From: an uncultured Candidatus Saccharibacteria bacterium
Lineage (GTDB): Bacteria > Patescibacteriota > Minisyncoccia > Phycocordibacterales > PALSA-1337
NCBI GenBank assembly: GCA_964558375.1
Contig: CAZLCD010000001.1
Span: 17,091 to 81,090, forward strand
Reading direction: 5' to 3'
DNA: 64,000 bases
The notes beneath the pieces are model-generated. The model was not told the origin of the DNA. It did no database searches and saw only the letters and a list, made by a program, of their open reading frames with translations. Positions 10,825-18,377 of the stretch are shown here, one piece after another. The first letter of the stretch is position 1, and each line of letters opens with the position of its first letter. Made by a program: the position numbers and the translations under genes.

Positions 10825-10960
10825 AGACTTCGGATTGGTACGGGAGGTTGTTAAGTTTTGCAGCCTTGCAGCGCCAGAGCGCTCGACAAAGACGTCTTTT
10901 TGTTGCCGTACCAATCCTATACCCGCGTAGCTGACTTACCAGTTGCGCGGGTTAATTTTT
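10825..10960 (+). ncRNA. candidate structured ncRNA (four-way junction plus intrinsic terminator)
   Basis: Perfect 12-bp stem 10832-10843/10906-10917 encloses three hairpins. Upstream TTGACT-16-TAGCTT (10791-10818). Downstream hairpin 10921-10952 followed by a T-run. Confidence 0.55.
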
Positions 10961-10962
10961 AT

Positions 10963-12186
10963 CTATTTCTTAAGAATCTTATCGATCCTCTCCGCAATCT
11001 TTTTCATATCCTTTTCTTTCTTTCCACGAGTTGTCTCTGCGGCGGTACCGAGTCTTATACCAGAAGGATCTGTAGGAGGTCTAGTGTCGAAAGGTATAGC
11101 GTTTTTGTTTACAATTACCCCCTCTTTTTCTAGTCTATCACTTGCCTCTTTGCCAGAGATTCCTTTGAAGCCATTCTTCTGCGGACTAAAAGTATCGATG
11201 AGTATAAGATGACTATCTGTTCCTCCAGAAATTATTCTCCAGCCATGCTTCGCCAATTCTTCCGCAAGAACTTTTGCATTCTTTTTTACTTGGCTCGCGT
11301 ATTTTTTAAAAGCAGAAGTCGAAGCCTCCTTTAAAGCTACTGCGACCGCGGCAACCTGATTCATGTGTGGACCACCCTGAAGTCCTGGGAAGACGGCTTT
11401 GTCTATAAGGTCACCGATACTATATTCTATATTTTTATTATCTTTATTTGTTTTTGATATTTTTTTATCATTTCTTGAAAAGATAATAGCACTACGAGGA
11501 CCACGGAGAGTTTTGTGGACTGTTGTTGTTACGATATCTGCATATTGGAAAGGGCTTGGATATACCTTACCCGCCACAAGACCTGCGATATGTGACATGT
11601 CTATCATGAGAAGTGCGCCACAACTATCTGCTACTTCGCGAAGTTTTTTAAAATCAATCTGACGAGGGTATGCAGTATAACCACCGACGATTATTGTAGG
11701 CTTTTCCCGCAATGCTATTTCTTTTAATTCATCATAATCAAGAAGCTCGGTATTTTTATTTACTCCATATGGAATCTGTGTCCAAAACTTACCAGTCGCT
11801 GACACTTTGTGACCATGAGTAAGGTGACCTCCTTGATCAAGGGACATGCCCATTATTTTTCCACCCTGAGGAACGAGTGCGAGATACACAGCCAAGTTTG
11901 CCGGCGAACCGGAGAGAGCTTGGACATTTACATGCCAGTCATGAGCCTTAAGATCAAAAAGGTTTAGAGCTCGCTCGATAGCCAAAGACTCTACCTTATC
12001 CACTACTTCATTGCCACCATAATAGCGCTTCATTGGATAACCTTCTGCGTATTTGTTCGTAAGCTCTGAACCAAGAGCCTCAAGAACGTCCTTTGAAACA
12101 TAGTTTTCTGAAGCTATGAGGTTCACAACCGACTTTTGGCGCTTCTTTTCGGTATCAATTAGTTTTTTGATTTGTGTATCTTTCAT
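10963..12186 (-). CDS. glyA: serine hydroxymethyltransferase
   Basis: LIASEN, NKYAEGYP, GGHLTHG and TTVHKTLRGPR motifs. True start taken as MKDTQIKK at 12186. Confidence 0.97.
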   Translation of the reverse strand: MKDTQIKKLIDTEKKRQKSVVNLIASENYVSKDVLEALGSELTNKYAEGYPMKRYYGGNEVVDKVESLAIERALNLFDLKAHDWHVNVQALSGSPANLAVYLALVPQGGKIMGMSLDQGGHLTHGHKVSATGKFWTQIPYGVNKNTELLDYDELKEIALREKPTIIVGGYTAYPRQIDFKKLREVADSCGALLMIDMSHIAGLVAGKVYPSPFQYADIVTTTVHKTLRGPRSAIIFSRNDKKISKTNKDNKNIEYSIGDLIDKAVFPGLQGGPHMNQVAAVAVALKEASTSAFKKYASQVKKNAKVLAEELAKHGWRIISGGTDSHLILIDTFSPQKNGFKGISGKEASDRLEKEGVIVNKNAIPFDTRPPTDPSGIRLGTAAETTRGKKEKDMKKIAERIDKILKK

Positions 12187-12251
12187 GGTGGTTATGCGAT
12201 TATTGATGCTTGTAATAAAAGCAATTGTAGCATTATATAAAAAATGGACAA

Positions 12252-12404
12252 ATAAAAAAGGGGCTGGAGTCGAACACATGCAATATGTGACGACCCAGCG
12301 CCCGATGTTTGTGGTGATATCCATCACTCTGTAGTGAATTGTCACTCACGAGCTGTTAAAAAACAGCTTTTATGACTAACGTCTACTGTTCAATGTGCGG
12401 ACAT
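12252..12404 (-). ncRNA. candidate structured ncRNA between tmk and glyA
   Basis: Has its own promoter, several hairpins closed by GATGT/ACATC, and a long terminator hairpin (12260-12301) followed by TTTTTTATT. Confidence 0.45.
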
Positions 12405-12409
12405 CAAAT

Positions 12410-12438
12410 AGATTACACCCGTCACTATTTTAAGTCAA
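12410..12438 (-). promoter_or_regulatory. sigma70-type promoter TTGACT-17-TAATCT
   Basis: Direct reading: near-consensus hexamers with a 17-nt spacer, overlapping the tmk stop. Confidence 0.6.
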
Positions 12439-13062
12439 TAGTTTTTCCACAGTTTTGAGAAACTCCACCTTCACCTCTTCAAAAGGCCTGTTTGCGTCAA
12501 TCACAACATGTGGAACTTTTTTTAGAAAGATCTTATAGCCCTTTCGCAATAATTTATGAAAATCCACTTCCCTATCATCAAAATGATTGCCTTCTGTATT
12601 CTTAGAATTCCGAGAACGTGCACGCCTCAAACCCTCTTCAACATCTACATCGAGATAAATATAAAGATCGGGTTTTCTTGAGATATGACTTCTCAAATTC
12701 CAAAATAATTTTTCTAGATGTTTACCTTTCTGTGCATGAATCTGATAGGCATAAGAAGAAGCGTCGAAGCGATCAGAGATTACATTTTGACCTTTGGCGA
12801 GAGCAGGTTTTATAAGTTTCTCTACATGGTCAAAGCGCGCGGCGAACATCAGGCATATCATAGTCTCAGCCACAGCGTCTTTGGAAAGTGGGTGCTTGAG
12901 CGCTGTCTCTCTTATAGCTTCAGCGTAACTAGAGCCTCCAGGTTCACGAGTGAGAAGCACGGAGTCTCCAAGCTTTTCTTTGAGAGCCTTTATGAGGGAT
13001 GACTTCCCTGCACCTTCTCCACCTTCTATTACAATAAATTTGGGTTGTTGATGTTTAGTCAT
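12430..13062 (-). CDS. tmk: thymidylate kinase
   Basis: FIVIEGGEGAGKSS P-loop, TREPGG and SDRFDASSYAYQ motifs. Confidence 0.95.
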   Translation of the reverse strand: MTKHQQPKFIVIEGGEGAGKSSLIKALKEKLGDSVLLTREPGGSSYAEAIRETALKHPLSKDAVAETMICLMFAARFDHVEKLIKPALAKGQNVISDRFDASSYAYQIHAQKGKHLEKLFWNLRSHISRKPDLYIYLDVDVEEGLRRARSRNSKNTEGNHFDDREVDFHKLLRKGYKIFLKKVPHVVIDANRPFEEVKVEFLKTVEKLLT

Positions 13063-13135
13063 TGGAAATATTCTAGCATAGAAAAAGCGAGGTACTGTAC
13101 TTTGACAGCCCTCGCGTGAAAAGTGCGTGATGCGA

Positions 13136-13876
13136 TTATTTGGGAGGAGCCACTACCCCTCTTGTCATAACAACTGAATCCGCAGTGCTAGTTAGACCAC
13201 ATGCGCAAGTTTCCAATGTGCAATTCGGGCATCCTTTCCCAAAGACACTCAGATATTCTGCCATCAGACTCATTGGAAACCCCTGGAGCTCAGAAATTGT
13301 ATTCGCAACCGCAAACAAATTCGCGATTACATCAACAAGCTCCAACACCACTTCTTCGAAGAGTTTATTAGTGTGGCGAGCTACGTAGTCGATATATGCT
13401 TCGAGTAATTCTGCACCCTCTTCAGTTAGATGTGCTCCTGAATCCACTAAAGTGTTTTGAGGATAAATTCCTGCAAACATGAATTGCAGTCCAGCAACCG
13501 AAAGTGGGACGGGTAAATTTCCAGCTGGAGTTTCCAAACCTCTTACACTCGCCCGCTTATTGCCACAGGCACAAGGTGCTGTAGTGCAGTAGGGACAAAC
13601 TCCGGGAAATCTTTTCCTGACTTCCATATCCAGATCCAACGATAGGTGATTTGCCAGTGCCAAAGACCAGGAAAAAGCCATTACCGTACCTCTTCTGATA
13701 TCTTCTGCCTTGCCCTTACGAATCCCTTTGGTTGCTATAGTTGCGTAACGCAAGATCTTCATACACATTTGTGTAGGGCTGTACACTCGGCTATTTTGTA
13801 GCCAATATATTTCCCGATTTAAAGACTGAACATGGTAGAAGCTAACCCTTTCAGGGGGCGGTAGTATAGTGAGCAT
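13136..13876 (-). CDS. tandem MazG-like NTP pyrophosphohydrolase with two Cys4 motifs
   Basis: C-terminal half has HLTEEGAEL...ELVDV (EExxE..ExxD). The N-terminal repeat is degenerate. Each half ends in CPxCxxxxCxC. Confidence 0.75.
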   Translation of the reverse strand: MLTILPPPERVSFYHVQSLNREIYWLQNSRVYSPTQMCMKILRYATIATKGIRKGKAEDIRRGTVMAFSWSLALANHLSLDLDMEVRKRFPGVCPYCTTAPCACGNKRASVRGLETPAGNLPVPLSVAGLQFMFAGIYPQNTLVDSGAHLTEEGAELLEAYIDYVARHTNKLFEEVVLELVDVIANLFAVANTISELQGFPMSLMAEYLSVFGKGCPNCTLETCACGLTSTADSVVMTRGVVAPPK

Positions 13877-13937
13877 ATTTTTATTTAATTGTGATTGTTT
13901 CTGTCTGAATAAAACCTATCACCACTCATGAAAAATA

Positions 13938-14360
13938 TCAATTCCCCGTACTTCCAAAACCTCCTTTACCTCTAGCGGTCTCTGTGAGATTTTCTACTTC
14001 ATCGAACTCTACATGCTCTACTTTTTGAATGAGAAGCTGAGCGACTTTGTGTCCTTTTTCAAATTTAAAACTTTCCTCTGAAAGATTCATAAGACCGACA
14101 TGGATTTCACCTCTGTACCCAGAATCTATTACCCCTCCGAAAGTTTTTATCCCATACTTATGCGACAAACCACTTTTATCCCAGATCAATCCCACATACC
14201 CTTCTGGGATTTCTATAGCAATACCGACTGCTATAGATTTCCTTTCTTGAGGATCCATCTTGAAAGCATCGATAGCAAATAGATCCATGCCTGCATCACC
14301 AGGATGAGCGTGTTTTGGAATCTGAGCATCTGGATGGAGTTTTTTAATTTTGATTTTCAT
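13938..14360 (-). CDS. dut: dUTP diphosphatase (trimeric)
   Basis: AGMDL, KSGL, GGVIDSGYRGEI, AQL and RGKGGFGSTG motifs. Confidence 0.96.
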   Translation of the reverse strand: MKIKIKKLHPDAQIPKHAHPGDAGMDLFAIDAFKMDPQERKSIAVGIAIEIPEGYVGLIWDKSGLSHKYGIKTFGGVIDSGYRGEIHVGLMNLSEESFKFEKGHKVAQLLIQKVEHVEFDEVENLTETARGKGGFGSTGN

Positions 14361-14361
14361 T

Positions 14362-14853
14362 TTATTTTTTAAATTGATTCCCTATTATATTATTAACATT
14401 TTTTTTATTAAAATGGATCTCAGAATTTTCTAAGAGGTAAATCGTTTTGATTTTTACTTTAGCCATCCTATCGCGACACCACCGACAAAGCCACCAATGG
14501 CCCCATAGATACAGCTCTGATCCAGTTAGATCAAAACCTTTAACCAAAGCATCTTCTATAGCCTTAACTTCGCTATGATTTTTGGGATGACAGCCTTCAC
14601 ACAATTCATAGCCTTGTCCAGTTGGTATATTCAATCTTACTCGTTCACAAATATTAGAATTATGATAATCACTACCATTTGTGCCGTATCCAATAATGTT
14701 TTTATTCGAGACAATTACAGAGCCAGCTGGCATTGTCTTATCTAAGGAATATAACCTTGCATACTCCTTTGCAGCAGACATATAGACATTGTCCACAGGA
14801 ACATACCCTTGTATAAAGGGCTCTTCGAAATAATCTTCTTCTGATTCATCCAT
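14362..14853 (-). CDS. dCMP deaminase-like zinc deaminase
   Basis: CERVRLNIPTGQGYELC...HSEVKAI...LCRWC: HxE and CxxC plus the ComEB/dCMP deaminase-type loop. Confidence 0.85.
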   Translation of the reverse strand: MDESEEDYFEEPFIQGYVPVDNVYMSAAKEYARLYSLDKTMPAGSVIVSNKNIIGYGTNGSDYHNSNICERVRLNIPTGQGYELCEGCHPKNHSEVKAIEDALVKGFDLTGSELYLWGHWWLCRWCRDRMAKVKIKTIYLLENSEIHFNKKNVNNIIGNQFKK

Positions 14854-14906
14854 ATTAGAATTAATTATTATTGTAGTATATAATAAATCTACTTTAAAGG
14901 CATACT

Positions 14907-15743
14907 ATGACAAAATTTGACGAAATCTACAGAGACCTTGTTAGCAACATAATGACAAATGGTATTGCCGAAATTTCCGAAAGAACTCGTCAAGAAACTA
15001 GAGCCATACCGGGCGCACACTTCTCTATTGATCTCGAAAAGGACGGCTTCCCACTTTTAACTTTAAGAAAAATCCCCATCAAGATGTTCGTAGCTGAACA
15101 AGTCTGGTTTATCTCTGGGGCACGTAAACCAGAAATATTTTTGAGAGATTACACAAAGATCTGGGATTTTTTTACAAACCCTGGAGATGTAGTAACTGTC
15201 GCTTATGGTTATAGATGGAGAAAACATTTTGGACGTGATCAGCTTGCCCTTTTGATCGATCTACTTGAAAAAGAACCTAGTTCTAGACAGGGAGTAATTA
15301 TAACTTGGGATCCAGCGCAAGATGGACTATCTTTGGCTAAGAAAAAAAATGTGCCTTGTCCATATTCATTTACAGTAAACATAATAGGCGGAAGACTTCA
15401 TCTGCATAATATAGTCAGATCGAATGACATAATATTAGGTTGTCCTAGCGATGTCGCTGGTTTCGCCTTACTTCAATGTATACTTGCACAACGGCTTGGT
15501 GTAAAACCAGGAATATATTCTCACTCTATTTCCAATGCTCATATATATGACAATCACTATGAAGGTGCGGAAAAAATAATATCGAGGACCAATGATCATC
15601 CGACTATAAAACTTGAATTACCAGAAAATGCTTTTACACTCGCAGAAAAGATGGATAAGGGATTAACTGATGCTATAATAGAAAATCTAACAAAACAGTA
15701 TGCTCCAATGGAAGCAATACAGGGTTTAAAAATTGCAATATAG
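14907..15743 (+). CDS. thyA: thymidylate synthase homologue (Asp variant, possible dCMP methyltransferase)
   Basis: FPLLT, EQVWF, YGYRWR, PC151, RSND and HIYDNH motifs. GCPSD182VAGF replaces the canonical GLPFNIASY. Confidence 0.9.
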   Translation: MTKFDEIYRDLVSNIMTNGIAEISERTRQETRAIPGAHFSIDLEKDGFPLLTLRKIPIKMFVAEQVWFISGARKPEIFLRDYTKIWDFFTNPGDVVTVAYGYRWRKHFGRDQLALLIDLLEKEPSSRQGVIITWDPAQDGLSLAKKKNVPCPYSFTVNIIGGRLHLHNIVRSNDIILGCPSDVAGFALLQCILAQRLGVKPGIYSHSISNAHIYDNHYEGAEKIISRTNDHPTIKLELPENAFTLAEKMDKGLTDAIIENLTKQYAPMEAIQGLKIAI

Positions 15744-15754
15744 AAAATAAAATT

Positions 15755-16390
15755 ATGTCCGTAATCACAAAAAACAAAATACTTGAAAAGATAAAGTCTG
15801 GAGATATTTCATTTAAGCCAGAACTAGATACCTTTCAGTTACAAGGCCATTCAGTAGACTTGCGCTTAGGCTTTACCTTCATGATACCCAAGTCTTGGCA
15901 TATGACACCAAAGGGCCGAGAAGCTTTCGACATTACTCATTTTGACAAAAAGTCTAGTGAATATTTCGATATAATAGAGCTAGAACAAGGACAATATTTC
16001 GACTTGTTACCTCATGAATATATACTCGTTGCTACTTTTGAGAAAATAAAATTGCCAGATAATATCATGGCTATCCTCTACCCTCGTTCATCTACAAATA
16101 GAAAAGGTATGTCACTAGACCTCACGGGGATTATCGATGCTGGATACGAAGGACAATTGATTTTACCTATCAGAAACAACACTCATTCACAGACAGTGAG
16201 ACTATACCCCGGCGAGAGACTTTGCCAAGTAGTGTTCGAAGAACTTTCTGATTCAGTAGAACATAAAAGTAAATACCACAACAAAGATGTGATCGATGGT
16301 GTTCAAAAAGAAAAGAAAGATGAGGTGGATTTTATAATGAAAGGAGATATTAAAGGTCTTAAAGGACAGTTTAAGGTAGGGTTGGAATAA
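15755..16390 (+). CDS. dcd: dCTP deaminase-family protein lacking the catalytic Glu
   Basis: SVDLRLG, PRSSTNRKG, IDAGYEG and YPGERLCQVVF motifs. LILP138 aligns with E. coli IVLE138. Confidence 0.85.
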   Translation: MSVITKNKILEKIKSGDISFKPELDTFQLQGHSVDLRLGFTFMIPKSWHMTPKGREAFDITHFDKKSSEYFDIIELEQGQYFDLLPHEYILVATFEKIKLPDNIMAILYPRSSTNRKGMSLDLTGIIDAGYEGQLILPIRNNTHSQTVRLYPGERLCQVVFEELSDSVEHKSKYHNKDVIDGVQKEKKDEVDFIMKGDIKGLKGQFKVGLE

Positions 16391-16411
16391 ATTCAAAAGT
16401 TTTTATATAAA

Positions 16412-17617
16412 TTAAATATTTCCACCATCGGTTTCACTATACGGTCTGATTATGAACTTACCCTGATCTCTTAATGTTTTTTCAGTCTCGTCTGGATTTG
16501 AGGAAATAATATTACCTGCTTCATAGAAAAACTTGGAGTCTCTGGCATAATTATCCAAGATAACTTTGAAGGTACTTGCATCAGCCCCCTCTAACTTTTT
16601 GTGGCCATAGTAAACAGAAACTCCGTCACTCATGTATATATCATAACTACCACCACATCCTATATATGTTGTATTCTGTGTTAGTAGTTTAAATGTTTCT
16701 GGATTAATTCCTTCTATCTTTTTTCCATCATAGAAAACATGACTTCTATCTCTAGATATATAGTGCCAACAAATATTAGCATCTTCATATGACTCATCTA
16801 TATTCCCCCAAACAATAGTTTTGAAGGTTTGTGGGTCTGCATCAATAATTATTTGACCTTTATAATAAACATTATTTTTATCCAAAGTATAGAGGTGTTT
16901 CTTATCTATATTTGAATTAAATTTATTTTCCAAAAGCTTAAACGAGTTTGGATCAGCTCCTTCTATTTCTTTAAAAACATTAGAGGAAGAAGATGCTATA
17001 TAAGTTAGTTTATAGATTTTGTTGTCAACCCAAATATAATCCCGTGATATCGGTTTTATGTTTTTTCCTTTTAATTCCTTATACTCTGTGAAGCCACGAC
17101 CATTAGAATAGCTGTAAATATTATCTTTATCTTTAAAATACGCGTAGCCCAGATAAGTGGCGTCGACTGATGGTGCTAAAAATCTATCGACCTTGGAATC
17201 GCGATAACCAATAAAAGAATAGAAATCTTTTGCTATATGCGGTAAGTTATCATCAATTGATACAAAAGAAGAACTATCGACGAGAGGTTGTATACTAACT
17301 CCAGATATATCAGATATTCTGGTATCTATACTCCATACAAACAAGCGATCTTTCACAAACCAACTATTTACAGCTTGAAATCCATCTTGCGTAAAAGGAG
17401 TTTTTCTGAAACAGAAATCATAGTGAGTGGTACAAACTTTTATGTATATATCATCACCAATCGTATATAACTTAAAATGTGAATTGAAAAGTTTAGGTTC
17501 TTCAAGTTTTTTATCTTCTTGTCGTTGATTCGCATATAATGTAAACATAGAAATTATTGCGATGATAATCACAACATATACAACTACTATTTTTATCTTT
17601 AGGTTTAATTTATCCAC
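16412..17617 (-). CDS. DKNYY-repeat membrane-anchored protein
   Basis: N-terminal TM, then repeats such as DKNNVYYKGQIIIDADPQTFK and DRSHVFYDGKKIEGINPETFK. Confidence 0.85.
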   Translation of the reverse strand: MDKLNLKIKIVVVYVVIIIAIISMFTLYANQRQEDKKLEEPKLFNSHFKLYTIGDDIYIKVCTTHYDFCFRKTPFTQDGFQAVNSWFVKDRLFVWSIDTRISDISGVSIQPLVDSSSFVSIDDNLPHIAKDFYSFIGYRDSKVDRFLAPSVDATYLGYAYFKDKDNIYSYSNGRGFTEYKELKGKNIKPISRDYIWVDNKIYKLTYIASSSSNVFKEIEGADPNSFKLLENKFNSNIDKKHLYTLDKNNVYYKGQIIIDADPQTFKTIVWGNIDESYEDANICWHYISRDRSHVFYDGKKIEGINPETFKLLTQNTTYIGCGGSYDIYMSDGVSVYYGHKKLEGADASTFKVILDNYARDSKFFYEAGNIISSNPDETEKTLRDQGKFIIRPYSETDGGNI

Positions 17618-17637
17618 TTTTATAATTTATAATTAAA

Positions 17638-18288
17638 CTAGAGAAATTTAATCGAGTCTAAAATATGGTTAAATATCTTTCTACAGTTTTCAGTTTGTTT
17701 ACGTGTTCTGTCAGGATTTAATTTTAAAAAATCATAGTTAGTAAAATTCACAGAATCGTAATTACAAGCAGATTGCGTTAGTCCCACAAATCTATTTTCT
17801 TTTCTATAAAACCCTTTCAATGAATGACCTATTTCCAAATCACCCTCATATATAGTCATTCTGGTATCTGTTTTATATTTATCTTTTGTGATTTCCTTAT
17901 CGAACTCTGGGAATATATCTTGCTCTACTATATCTGTACTGCGTGGATCTGTAGGTATCAAGATAGTATTTTTTTGAGAATATATCCTTATCTCATGATA
18001 GCCCATATTATATCGATCATACTTAGCGGTTTTACCTATAGGGATAATCATAGATATGGTGCCGTCATCCCTATCTTCAGAAAGAAAGTCTTTTTTAATA
18101 TAGTCAAATGAGATACCTAGTTCAGCATTTTCTTTTCTTTCCCAAACTATATTTTCATAGTCAATATCTATGAATAATCCATCGTCTTTATTATTTTTAT
18201 AGATATAAAAACTAGTACAGATTATAAGAAATATAACCACATAAGATATTATTACGGATGATTTTAAATTTAACTTCCTCATATCCAT
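17638..18288 (-). CDS. membrane-anchored hypothetical protein
   Basis: N-terminal TM (KLNLKSSVIISYVVI) resembles that of the downstream DKNYY protein. Confidence 0.7.
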   Translation of the reverse strand: MDMRKLNLKSSVIISYVVIFLIICTSFYIYKNNKDDGLFIDIDYENIVWERKENAELGISFDYIKKDFLSEDRDDGTISMIIPIGKTAKYDRYNMGYHEIRIYSQKNTILIPTDPRSTDIVEQDIFPEFDKEITKDKYKTDTRMTIYEGDLEIGHSLKGFYRKENRFVGLTQSACNYDSVNFTNYDFLKLNPDRTRKQTENCRKIFNHILDSIKFL

Positions 18289-18312
18289 AATTTATCATTA
18301 AATTGGATAAAT

Positions 18313-18343
18313 AAAAAGGGAGCCTACAGTGAAGTAGACTCCC
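18313..18343 (-). terminator. intrinsic terminator of the M23 gene
   Basis: GGGAG..CTAC/GTAG..CTCCC hairpin followed by a T-run on the minus strand. Confidence 0.6.
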
Positions 18344-18377
18344 GTGAATTGGGTTATTACCCAGGAAACAAAGAGCT

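Noticed and set aside
10752-10934. 60-aa plus-strand ORF
   Set aside because: Better explained by RNA structure; the putative -10 lies too close to the internal ATG at 10821.
12187-12345. N-terminal extension of glyA, or a known folate riboswitch
   Set aside because: SHMT homology starts at MKDTQ and the extension crosses a terminator. No ZTP, THF or glycine aptamer consensus is visible.
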